Positions 1 through 9,259 of a stretch of DNA of 47,305 bases are shown here, in pieces. Each line of letters starts with the position of its first letter. The stretch's first letter is position 1. The notes beneath the pieces are model-generated. The model was not told where the DNA came from. It saw only the letters and a list, made by a program, of their open reading frames with translations, and ran no database searches. Where the stretch lies: IMG/VR virus record IMGVR_UViG_3300032216_001609, positions 1 to 47,305 of that record; one strand, given 5' to 3'. Both the position numbers and the translations under genes were made by a program. The DNA comes from a virus. Taxonomy: Duplodnaviria; Caudoviricetes.

Positions 1-515
1 CTGCCGTGCGAAGTTTCAAATTTAATAGTAATTTTATTAGTTGCAGCTGCTGTGTTATTCACCTTTGGGTATGATACAGTTAATAAGCAATTAGATAAAG
101 AATTTCCTGTAGCTGGTGAGCTTATCCAATATTTATATGCTGTTTTGATGCCCGCATAATATAATCTATTTGTAAAATTTTTAGAAGATGCATAGTTGGC
201 AGCATTTAAAACACCAGAAGCTTTTCTGGCAGAAAGAGTTGGGTCCCCTAAAATTAAATATTGAATTCCTGCTGTCTTAGGTCTTCTTGGATCAATTATA
301 CTTGTTATTGGAAATAATTTATCAAAAGGCTTATTGCCATCTGGATTTGTATATGTCAAGCTGCCTGCTGGGTTATCTGTTGTTCCGCCTGGGCCTCTTA
401 CTGTAACTCCTGAAATTAAATCATTCATATTATATTCAATCCAACAACCGTCAACCATTGATAGTGTTGTTGATTGATTTAAAGAATTAGAAGTTGCTTG
501 TGTAACTGATAGCAT
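1..515 (-). CDS. Minor tail protein, partial (runs off window edge)
   Basis: ATG at 515 overlaps the upstream stop (TAATG); reads MLSVTQATSNSLNQSTTLSMVDGCWIEYNMNDLI...; lies two genes downstream of the tape measure. Confidence 0.65.
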   Translation of the reverse strand, partial: MLSVTQATSNSLNQSTTLSMVDGCWIEYNMNDLISGVTVRGPGGTTDNPAGSLTYTNPDGNKPFDKLFPITSIIDPRRPKTAGIQYLILGDPTLSARKASGVLNAANYASSKNFTNRLYYAGIKTAYKYWISSPATGNSLSNCLLTVSYPKVNNTAAATNKITIKFETSHG

Positions 516-973
516 TATACTTCTTCCAGATTTATAGAAACATCCCAGAACTCTTGAGCAACATCGCTAGTTTTTTCTTTTACATTTCTTTTTACAACTG
601 TAAAGCTAGCTGAAGTAAAGCACATAGTTAATATTTCATCTCTATCTGAAACTGCATTGTATGATATTTTAACTTTAAATGTTCCTGTGCCTTTGCCATA
701 ATAAAATGACCTTATAGACCCAGCTCCGTAACCGCCATCTACTGTCATTGCATCATTTGTAGGAAGCATAGTCCAACTTGTATTCAAAGTTTTTTTATCA
801 GCAGTAAATATTTTTCTTAAAGTTCCATTAGACATTCTTTGAGTACGTTCAATTCTATTTGTATCTATAGTAAGCGGTGCTCTATTATGCTCTGATAATT
901 TTACCCAAGTTGGGGTGTCTGTTAAAGATGTATCTATATAAAGTGCTGATCCTACTGGAAGTGTCATTGCCAT
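515..973 (-). CDS. Minor tail protein (distal-tail-like)
   Basis: 152 aa, directly after the tape measure with a TAATG overlap; beta-rich, with an RMSNGTLR motif and a terminal LEEV. Confidence 0.65.
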   Translation of the reverse strand: MAMTLPVGSALYIDTSLTDTPTWVKLSEHNRAPLTIDTNRIERTQRMSNGTLRKIFTADKKTLNTSWTMLPTNDAMTVDGGYGAGSIRSFYYGKGTGTFKVKISYNAVSDRDEILTMCFTSASFTVVKRNVKEKTSDVAQEFWDVSINLEEV

Positions 974-3900
974 TATTTAATACTCACATTCTTACTGGTT
1001 CCAACCATTTTAGCATTAAGCTTAGCATCTTGTCCAATTGCTTGTTTGGTCATTGTAACTACTTGTCTTACAAATGCATCTGTATTCATTCCATCTGATG
1101 GATAAATATTTTGAGTTAAATTGATTACAGATCCAGATTGTCCTTGCGATGCTCCAGATACTTTCAATCCGCCCGTTGGCAATTGATAACTTGGATTTGC
1201 AGCTTTTAATGATTGTAAAATGTGAGAAGGGATAATATTTCCTGCTCCCTTTGCTTGGAACAACTCTGGACCGTTTTCTCCGACTAAGAAAGATTCTCCA
1301 GACATAACTCCAAGCTTTCCGCCTGCTGCCATTGAAACTTTTGCACCCAATTTATTTTTAACAGCATCAAATTTATAAACTTGATTTGTTTGCTTATCAA
1401 CTGCATAGTTAGCGTCTTTCCATTTAAATAAATAATATCCTGTTGGATTTTGATCTGTAACAAATTGTTTACTTTGTTTATCAGTTATAGCTTTTTGCGC
1501 TGCTTCTTTAATTGTCCTTGCTTCTACTGTAACTGTTGAATTTCCAAACCCAGTTCCGTTTTTACCTGGAGTGACGCCTGCTTTTGTATTTTTATTTCCA
1601 GTTATTGCATCAACAACAGATTGAAGTGTGGCTCCTCCACCAAGAGCTAGTAAAGATTGACCTATAGTAGAATCCATACCAAAAGATTGTAGCGCAGTTG
1701 CGGCTTGAGCTCCAACACTTATTGGCTTACCCTTTGCATCTTTTGTTGCTGGCATGGTTGCTCCCGCAGCTTTTAATGCTACAAGAATTTGTGCAGCCAT
1801 TCCTTTGCCTTCCCCATTGGCATAATCAGTTACTGATTTTCCTGCAGCTCTTGCATTTAATTCAAGCGTAACCATTGCAGAATTTACATTATCAATTTTT
1901 GTTTTTTGATCTTCTAAAGATGTTGTAACTTTGCCTAGTTGTTCTCCAGCCAGAGCTGATTTATCAGATAAAGCTTGTTGACCCTTGTTCAAAGAATCAA
2001 TTTTTGCTTGAAGCGGAGTATTTTTTAATGTATTAGCATCTTCAATTGCTTTCTTTTGAGCATTGTATTGAAGTTGTTTTTGCAAAGCTTGCATATCCAG
2101 GCTTGATTGTTGAGCTTGAGCTGAATTGCCTGTTGCAACTGCTGCATCATATTCAGCTTTCTTTTTAGCAATTTCATTACCTAAATCTGCTTCTGCTTTT
2201 GCTACATCTAATGCCTTCAGTCTTGCTTCAGTTAATTTATTATTAGCGTCTATTTGTTTTTGCAGTGCTGCAATTGCATCTCTAGAATTTATTTGCTGTT
2301 GTACAGATTGTCCTTTAGCAGCAAGCTGCATAGCCTTTTGCTGTTTAGTTAATCTATCTAAATTAGCATACTGACCTTTTAAAAGACCTTCTTTATTTTT
2401 TGCAATTACAGTTGTTTCAATGACATCTTTCATGTCTTGCAATGCTTTAACTTGTTTTGCATCTAGTTGTGATAAATCTCCAGCAAATCCAGCCGCAAGT
2501 AATCTTAATTTACCCCAAACACTTGTTAGCGTATCTGAAGTTGTAACCATTTTTTTAATGTTAGGATCAGCTTTAGCTAACTCATCAATTGTTGCTTGTG
2601 TTATTTTAGTTTGTGTTCCCGAAGCCTGGTTTATATAATCAAGCTGTTGTTTTTCTGCTTGTAAATAAGTAAGCGCTTGAGTTTTACCTGTTAAATCTTT
2701 TCTTGCTGCTTTTTCTGAATCAGATATTCTTTGCTGTATTCCAGCCTCTACCGAACTCATGGCTGTATTAAATTGAGCAGCTTGAGCAGAACCTTCTCTT
2801 TGTGTTGTTGTGGCAGTGCCATAATCTCTAACTGCAAATAAAGATGAAGTTTTTGCATCAGAAGCTCTATTGAATGCCTTATTACCTGTTGTAGCGGTAA
2901 CTGCAAGATTGGCTTTATTAGACATTTGAAACATTGTATAAATTTTCTTAGTTGCTTCGTCAGCAGCCATTCCGCCAGCAATTAACTGTTCTTTTAATCT
3001 CAATGCCAATGCGATGGCAGATTTATTATCTTTTGATTGATTAATTGCTTTAATTTGATCTGAATATACAGACTTAACTTCTGTTTTTAATTTTTTATAT
3101 TGTTCTATTGTTATGCTAAGCGGTGTTCCTGAATCTTGCAAACTTTCATAAACTAGTTTATTTCTTTCAGCTAAATCTTTTGCATTCTGCATAGCATCTT
3201 TAATTACAGAATTATAATCTTTATATTTTAATCCTGCTTTTTGTGCTGCAGCTGCAGTTAATCCGTAACCAACTGCATTTACTCTTACAAACTCTTGATG
3301 TTGTTTCCAAATTTTTATTCCAGCCATGACAGCTAGTGTTACTCCACCTATTACAAGGTTTGCTCTAGTTCCCATTAATGCAATTTTTCCAAGCATAGAG
3401 GCAAATTTTCCACCGCCAGCTGCTCCGCCTTCTAATGCGGTAGTAGCTTTTGCAGCAAGACCAATTTGTTTTGTTGCCCAAGGCATTCTTGTTCCTATAA
3501 ATCCTGGTGTTTTAGTTCCTGGTGGCATCCAGCCTGGCTCTCTTGCTTCTGGCGGTGTCCATGGTGAACTATTAATAGGTCCTTTTGGTGTTGTTTTGTT
3601 AGCGCCCATAAACATCCAAGGAAGTATGTTGCCAGCTGTTGACAACATTGTTCCTGGAACACCACCAATTTTACTTCCAAGCATTTGTGACAACATCCCA
3701 AGAACTAATGCTCCGCCAGTTGATGCTATTCCATAATTATGTTTTCCTGAATGAACACGTCCTCCCAAAGCATAGTGAGGAATAATTCCTCCGCTATTGC
3801 GTGGAACAAAAAGTTCTGGTCCTTTTTCACCTACAAGGTAAGCTTTTCCAGAATTAACTGGTCCGCCATTTTCTCTTTTAGCATCATAAACTGCTTGAAG

Positions 3901-6900
3901 CTGAAGATGTCCGTGTGCAGCCTTAACAACTTTAAATTTACCTCCCATGTAAACTTCGCTTTCATTTACATGAACTGGACCTGAAGGAGAATGGAATGTA
4001 AGGTCAGGGAATATTTGAGATGCTGGAACAGCATTTCTATTTTTAACAGTTGCTGTTAATTGTATTGGGCCAAATCCTTCGGCAGTATCTTTGTTTGTAC
4101 TCCATGAAGAACGGCGCATAATAAATTCTTTGCCTATTAATTCATTCCATTTTCCTGCATTAATTAAATCACGAATCACAGGAGGCAAACTATTTACATT
4201 TCTTACACCACGATGAAGTGTTCCAGTAAATTTAGTTCTAATTGAGGAAAGATATTGTTGAACAGCTGGATCATCGATAGCCGCATAATCACCTTGCATA
4301 TAATTAAATAATGATGTTTTAGCTCTAGATTCAAGCGTACCAATTGCAAATGCTGGTTCTAATCCAGCTTTCATAAATCCTGAGCCTTGATATCTTATTC
4401 GTGCGCCAAGTTGCTGATTTCTAATTCCCATTGGGGATTGGTATCTACCAATTTGTAATGGTCCATGTAATGGATCGCTATTTACTATATCTTGATAGTA
4501 TGATGCTGGCATTGGATACATTCCAGCTGCTCTCTTTTGAGTTGCATAATCAACTGGCATTTGTCCATTTGGATATTTAGAAAATATTTTTTGATTCATT
4601 GCTTCCACTGCTGGATTAACGCCATGCTTCATCCAGCTTAACGGATTGTCTACTGCTTTAGGGTTGCTAGAATAAAGATGTGGATTTTTAGCCATAAAAG
4701 CATTGCTATTCATTATTCCATAGTTATGTTTTTTGCTTGTTACTGGTCCGCCCAAAGCAAGATGCACCATTGATCTGGTTGCAGCAGATTTGTTGAGCAT
4801 TATAATAAATTTATTTAATCTCATTTTTTGAATATCGTTTAGTGCAGAAGTACTTCCACGTAGATGAGAAACAACATCTGAAGGATGTACGTCTCCTAAA
4901 CCAGCATTGTGCAATATTTCTTGAACAATATTATTTGCACCTATTCCGCTTGGATGAATAACATCTTGAAATCCTGGAAGCAATGGTTTTCCATTTGGGC
5001 CTTTTGCTCTGGACAAGGTCATGCCCATATAATTAATATTATAAGGCATTACTGCTGCATTATGAGCATAATTCATACCATGAGCTATATTTTGATTAAT
5101 TGGAACTACGTGTCCAAAAGCTGATGATGATATATTAATACCTCTCACTGTTTCTGGGGGATAATGTTGCGAAACAACATCAAGTGCATGAGATAAATAT
5201 TTTTTTAATGAATTTGCTGCATTTTGTCTAAGGCTTTCTCCAGAATATAATATTGGAGATTTACCAGCTTTTAACATTTCTTTATTTAATTCTATTAACT
5301 GCTCAGCTCTTATTGATGCAAATTCATGAGGATCAATATATCCTTGCTCACCTCTTGAATTTTTTAAAGCAAGCCCGTAGTTACGGTCTGCTAAAACAAA
5401 AGCAGTTTTTGCATCCATTCCTGATTTCATAAGCTGAGCTGTATCTAATGTTACTGCTCTTGCTCTAATTTTATCTTCATAGGATTGTGCATTTTCATTT
5501 TGATTAAAATCAATATAATCAGCTAATCCTTTTTCAACATCACTTTGAGTTGTAGATATTGGGCCGTAGTTCATTCTAGGCATAGTTACTCTGCCACCTA
5601 CTGCATAGGCCGCACCATTATTAATAGCCTGAAGTAATGGCATATTCTTTTCAGTTGCTTTTTTATTTACTACAAATTCTCCTGGTGTAAGCATTGCAGG
5701 AACTGTATCTGTATTTCCAACTCCAGGAACTACATTCTTAGAGCCTTCGCTTAGATATACTGGGCCACCTGTATTTAAATTTTGTGGTTTTGTTGTTTGA
5801 ATAGAATACCCAGCACCTGAAGTTCTAACTCCGCCTAATGCTGCCGCAATTTTATCAACAATAGTTTTAACATTTCCTTTATGGAACATTTCTTTCATAT
5901 TTGATTTACCGTTTGGCCCTACTACTGGCTGGCCAGTAAGCGGTACGGTTGTAAGATTTATATTTCTTCCCATGGTAGCAGCGATATCGGAAGATGTTTG
6001 AGCAATAAGTTTTTCAATTACAAGGTTTAATTCAACAATTTTTGTTCTTGCTGCATCTGCTGTAAGCTTGCCAGCTTCTAATTCTCCAACAATTGCAGAA
6101 GTTTCTGTCGCTGCAAGCTCTGTAATTTTTGTAATTTCTGGAAGCAATGCCTGATAAGATTGAGAAAGGCTTACTGTTACGGTTCCTGTTGCAGCAACTT
6201 CTTCTTTTAATAATTTAATTTCTTGCTCTGATTGCATTGCAAGTGCGCCAACCATTGAATGCCATTTAGCTGCTTCTCCAGCAACGATGCCTGTTGATGT
6301 TCCATTGATTGATGTGACTCCAGGAATCTTTGGCATATCCCCAGACATGTACGCTTGTGGGTTCTTTCCAATTCTTACATTAACTGGTCCTGGTCCTGGA
6401 ACTGTTCCAAAAATAGTTCCTGGTTGATCCATGCCTGCTGGTACCAAATGAGACATTTGTCTTGAATATGGTTTTCCAACTAATGGATTATTTTTGTCTA
6501 CAACTCTTGCATTTTCTTTTCCTGGCAATATTACGCTATTAGCAACAGTAGTAATTGCTGGATTCATAGCAACCTTTGCTGCATTTGCTTTTACTTCTAA
6601 ATTAGAAAAAGATTCTGAAAGAGTATCTACTGCTGCTTTTAATACATTAGTAGCTTCTGCATCATTATAAAATGTTGACTGTAATCCTTTGCCCGCTTCA
6701 TTTGCTGCAATAATTTCAGGAGTTAATAACTTAAAGCCTTGTCCGCCTTTAATAAGTGATTTAAGATTAAATACTCCTTTAATAACATATCCTACAAAGT
6801 TACCCAACACACCAGTTAACATAATGAGTGGTCCAGCTACTGCTGTAATACCGCCTAAGAAGCCTAATGCTGTTTTAATTGGAGCTGGTAGTTTATCAAA

Positions 6901-8481
6901 GAATTTAACAATTCCATCCACGATTCTTAATACGTAAGTACTAATTGTTAAGAACTGTTTTCCGACTTGAGCAAGATCTGCTTGTACACTAGCTAGCGCT
7001 CTCTTATATTTACCAGATGCGGACTCAGTCATCATGCTTAATTCTCGACTAGATACGTTTGCTAAATCTTGTGAGCTTGCTTTCATTAGATCTAATACTT
7101 TAAGAGTTTGAGATCCTTGTTTTCCTAAGTTTGCAAACAAAGCATTCATTCTTGCAAACTGGAATTTACCAAATAGCTGCTCTATAGCTTGTTGTTTTTT
7201 AAGTGGATCAAGTGTATCTAAAGCAGCTTGTAAATTAAGAATAGTTCCTGTTAAATCACCAGCGTTTTTATTTACAATACCTTTTAGATCAATACCAAAA
7301 CCAGCAAACATATCTGTTGCAACTTTTGTAGGGTTAACAAGTGATGCAAGTGCAGACTTTAATGCATTTGCTCCTGCAGTAGCATCAATGCCTCCTTCTT
7401 TCATTGCAGTTAAATATAAAGCAAGGTCTTTTACGCTTCCGCCCATTGCTTGAATAACTGGACCTGCTTTTGGAATTGCATCTGTTAAATCCTGAAGGCT
7501 TGTAGAAGTTTGGTTTTCTACTGCGTTAAGAAAATCAATTGATTGTGTAAGCTGATCTGTATTTTGCTTAAATGTATTTTGAATTGCAAGAGTTGCTTTC
7601 ATTGCAGACTGTCTATCGATTTCACCAAGAACAGATAGTCTTGTTGTCTGAACAGTTGAAGCAATAAGATCATTTCCTTGCTTACCTGTTGCAGCCATAT
7701 CCGCTGCTAATGCAATTGTATCTTTGTATGCAACTCCATAAGAAGATGCCATTGTTTTTGCGGTAGCAGAAACATCTTTTTGAACTTTAGCTAATTCTGC
7801 AGAAGATGTTGCTGCAAGTCCACCATAAACTTTTGTGAGTCTTACCATTTCGGTATTTGCGTCTAAGAATGCTTTTTGAGCTGCAGCGCCAAATGCTGCT
7901 AATGGAACTGTTAAACCTACTGTAAGCTGTCTACCAGCCCACTGAGTATTTTTACCCCAGTTAATTAATTGACCCGCACCATCTTGCATGACCTTGTTCA
8001 TTATTGAAGCTTCTTGTCTTGCTAAAGCTGTTTTATTTTTTATTTCATCAAGACCTTTTGCAACCTGAATGTTATACTGCATCATGCCTTGTGCATTTTT
8101 ACCTAATGGCTGAACTATTGCTTGCTCAAGCATTACCTGCTGTTTTGCAAGATCTCTAATTAAATTACCTGTATTTTTGGTATGACCCTGCCATACCTTA
8201 AAGTATTGATTTAATTTAAGTTGGCCTTGATCTAAATTTTTACCAAACTTTTGTACATCAGAACTTAGCGTAACAAAGTGTGTTGAGAACTGTCCAGTGG
8301 AACGTAACGTGTCGGAAAACGCTTTGTTCATTACAGCAATTTGATTGCCGAGTTTTGCGTTGGTTCCGACTGTTGTTTCTTGTAATTTTACGAGTTGGGC
8401 AGTAACTGCAGCTAGCTGAGTTCTTAAACTCGAAAAGTCTGCATTGGCGGTAATGTAGGTCGTTAAATTGTTTTCGGCCAT
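973..8481 (-). CDS. Tape measure protein with internal HNH-like and ADP-ribosyltransferase-like cassettes
   Basis: 2502 aa, Ala/Gln/Lys-rich and helical; TP901-type core (GRQLTVGLTVPLAAFG...AVENQTSTSLQDL); hydrophobic segments; DTVPAMLTPGEFVV and LVGExGPELF motifs; follows the tail chaperone. Confidence 0.93.
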   Translation of the reverse strand: MAENNLTTYITANADFSSLRTQLAAVTAQLVKLQETTVGTNAKLGNQIAVMNKAFSDTLRSTGQFSTHFVTLSSDVQKFGKNLDQGQLKLNQYFKVWQGHTKNTGNLIRDLAKQQVMLEQAIVQPLGKNAQGMMQYNIQVAKGLDEIKNKTALARQEASIMNKVMQDGAGQLINWGKNTQWAGRQLTVGLTVPLAAFGAAAQKAFLDANTEMVRLTKVYGGLAATSSAELAKVQKDVSATAKTMASSYGVAYKDTIALAADMAATGKQGNDLIASTVQTTRLSVLGEIDRQSAMKATLAIQNTFKQNTDQLTQSIDFLNAVENQTSTSLQDLTDAIPKAGPVIQAMGGSVKDLALYLTAMKEGGIDATAGANALKSALASLVNPTKVATDMFAGFGIDLKGIVNKNAGDLTGTILNLQAALDTLDPLKKQQAIEQLFGKFQFARMNALFANLGKQGSQTLKVLDLMKASSQDLANVSSRELSMMTESASGKYKRALASVQADLAQVGKQFLTISTYVLRIVDGIVKFFDKLPAPIKTALGFLGGITAVAGPLIMLTGVLGNFVGYVIKGVFNLKSLIKGGQGFKLLTPEIIAANEAGKGLQSTFYNDAEATNVLKAAVDTLSESFSNLEVKANAAKVAMNPAITTVANSVILPGKENARVVDKNNPLVGKPYSRQMSHLVPAGMDQPGTIFGTVPGPGPVNVRIGKNPQAYMSGDMPKIPGVTSINGTSTGIVAGEAAKWHSMVGALAMQSEQEIKLLKEEVAATGTVTVSLSQSYQALLPEITKITELAATETSAIVGELEAGKLTADAARTKIVELNLVIEKLIAQTSSDIAATMGRNINLTTVPLTGQPVVGPNGKSNMKEMFHKGNVKTIVDKIAAALGGVRTSGAGYSIQTTKPQNLNTGGPVYLSEGSKNVVPGVGNTDTVPAMLTPGEFVVNKKATEKNMPLLQAINNGAAYAVGGRVTMPRMNYGPISTTQSDVEKGLADYIDFNQNENAQSYEDKIRARAVTLDTAQLMKSGMDAKTAFVLADRNYGLALKNSRGEQGYIDPHEFASIRAEQLIELNKEMLKAGKSPILYSGESLRQNAANSLKKYLSHALDVVSQHYPPETVRGINISSSAFGHVVPINQNIAHGMNYAHNAAVMPYNINYMGMTLSRAKGPNGKPLLPGFQDVIHPSGIGANNIVQEILHNAGLGDVHPSDVVSHLRGSTSALNDIQKMRLNKFIIMLNKSAATRSMVHLALGGPVTSKKHNYGIMNSNAFMAKNPHLYSSNPKAVDNPLSWMKHGVNPAVEAMNQKIFSKYPNGQMPVDYATQKRAAGMYPMPASYYQDIVNSDPLHGPLQIGRYQSPMGIRNQQLGARIRYQGSGFMKAGLEPAFAIGTLESRAKTSLFNYMQGDYAAIDDPAVQQYLSSIRTKFTGTLHRGVRNVNSLPPVIRDLINAGKWNELIGKEFIMRRSSWSTNKDTAEGFGPIQLTATVKNRNAVPASQIFPDLTFHSPSGPVHVNESEVYMGGKFKVVKAAHGHLQLQAVYDAKRENGGPVNSGKAYLVGEKGPELFVPRNSGGIIPHYALGGRVHSGKHNYGIASTGGALVLGMLSQMLGSKIGGVPGTMLSTAGNILPWMFMGANKTTPKGPINSSPWTPPEAREPGWMPPGTKTPGFIGTRMPWATKQIGLAAKATTALEGGAAGGGKFASMLGKIALMGTRANLVIGGVTLAVMAGIKIWKQHQEFVRVNAVGYGLTAAAAQKAGLKYKDYNSVIKDAMQNAKDLAERNKLVYESLQDSGTPLSITIEQYKKLKTEVKSVYSDQIKAINQSKDNKSAIALALRLKEQLIAGGMAADEATKKIYTMFQMSNKANLAVTATTGNKAFNRASDAKTSSLFAVRDYGTATTTQREGSAQAAQFNTAMSSVEAGIQQRISDSEKAARKDLTGKTQALTYLQAEKQQLDYINQASGTQTKITQATIDELAKADPNIKKMVTTSDTLTSVWGKLRLLAAGFAGDLSQLDAKQVKALQDMKDVIETTVIAKNKEGLLKGQYANLDRLTKQQKAMQLAAKGQSVQQQINSRDAIAALQKQIDANNKLTEARLKALDVAKAEADLGNEIAKKKAEYDAAVATGNSAQAQQSSLDMQALQKQLQYNAQKKAIEDANTLKNTPLQAKIDSLNKGQQALSDKSALAGEQLGKVTTSLEDQKTKIDNVNSAMVTLELNARAAGKSVTDYANGEGKGMAAQILVALKAAGATMPATKDAKGKPISVGAQAATALQSFGMDSTIGQSLLALGGGATLQSVVDAITGNKNTKAGVTPGKNGTGFGNSTVTVEARTIKEAAQKAITDKQSKQFVTDQNPTGYYLFKWKDANYAVDKQTNQVYKFDAVKNKLGAKVSMAAGGKLGVMSGESFLVGENGPELFQAKGAGNIIPSHILQSLKAANPSYQLPTGGLKVSGASQGQSGSVINLTQNIYPSDGMNTDAFVRQVVTMTKQAIGQDAKLNAKMVGTSKNVSIK

Positions 8482-8490
8482 ATACTTATA

Positions 8491-8862
8491 TTACTCCATA
8501 GAGTATCCTAAACCAGCTCCGATACCAAAACCAGCTTCCGCTGCAAAAGATCCTTGTAGTGAAACAACATCATCTGATGATGCATTTATTCCAAGTGCTT
8601 TTCGTTTAATATCTTCGAAGGTTGGATCTCCTTCTTTATTACTGCTTTCATCTAAATCAATACCCTGAATTGAAGCCAAGAATTTTCTTTTTTCCGATTC
8701 AGTTTTTTGCATTGCTTTAAAAGTCTGGACCAATTCTGGCATTGAAAGATTATCTTCTAGTTCTTCGTAATTTTTCCAATTACCTAGTAGAAAAACTTCC
8801 CCTTCTAAAGCGGCTAAATCTAGTTCTGTCCAGCCAGAACCTGGGCCGCTAGAAGGTTTGGG
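8491..8862 (-). CDS. Tail assembly chaperone, frameshifted C-terminal extension (gpT-like)
   Basis: The -1 frame from the slippery site stays open (PSSGPGSGWTELDLAALEGEVFLLGNWKNYEELEDNLS) and joins ORF 8491..8742 (MPELVQ...) in frame. Confidence 0.85.
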   Translation of the reverse strand, partial: PKPSSGPGSGWTELDLAALEGEVFLLGNWKNYEELEDNLSMPELVQTFKAMQKTESEKRKFLASIQGIDLDESSNKEGDPTFEDIKRKALGINASSDDVVSLQGSFAAEAGFGIGAGLGYSME

Positions 8863-9152
8863 TCGTCCATCTTAATTCCACCGCATACTTCAAGAATGCG
8901 ATTGATTGTAGGAACGTCCAAAGTGTCTTCAAATGCGTCTCTGTCTTTTACCAAATCTGGTAGTTGTTTTTCTAATGCTACTGCACAAGCATCAATAAGA
9001 ATTGTAAGAGTTTCATCTTCTGTTGTTGCGTCCGCTGTTTTTCCAATGGCTGCCATAAACTTGCGAAGCTCTTTAATTGTTAAAGGCTTAAGCTTTACGT
9101 TAGCGCCGTTTTGTAGCTGAATTTCTTCAACATCATATACTGTAGTTGCCAA
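8820..9152 (-). CDS. Tail assembly chaperone (gpG-like)
   Basis: 110 aa, TTG start with AGGAGG RBS; lies between major tail and tape measure; LKPLTIKELRKF motif. Confidence 0.85.
   Translation of the reverse strand: MATTVYDVEEIQLQNGANVKLKPLTIKELRKFMAAIGKTADATTEDETLTILIDACAVALEKQLPDLVKDRDAFEDTLDVPTINRILEVCGGIKMDDPNLLAAQVLAGQN
8856..8862 (-). other. Programmed -1 ribosomal frameshift heptamer C CCA AAC
   Basis: XXXYYYZ heptamer in the correct frame near the chaperone 3' end; AGCGGC/GCCGCT and GTTCTG/CAGAAC stems begin 5 nt downstream. Confidence 0.8.
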
Positions 9153-9181
9153 TTTAATCCTCCTAGGATTGTGTCTTAATT

Positions 9182-9210
9182 ATTGTATCATATGCAAAAT
9201 ACAATGGCAA
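9182..9210 (-). promoter_or_regulatory. Sigma70-type promoter for the tail chaperone/tape measure genes
   Basis: TTGCCA-N17-TACAAT with extended TG, immediately after a terminator. Confidence 0.65.
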
Positions 9211-9211
9211 T

Positions 9212-9240
9212 AGAAAACCCCTCAATTTCTTGAGGGGCTC
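9212..9240 (-). terminator. Intrinsic terminator after the major tail gene
   Basis: GCCCCTCAA-GAAA-TTGAGGGGT followed by TTTC. Confidence 0.75.
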
Positions 9241-9259
9241 TACTAATTAATTTAATTAA

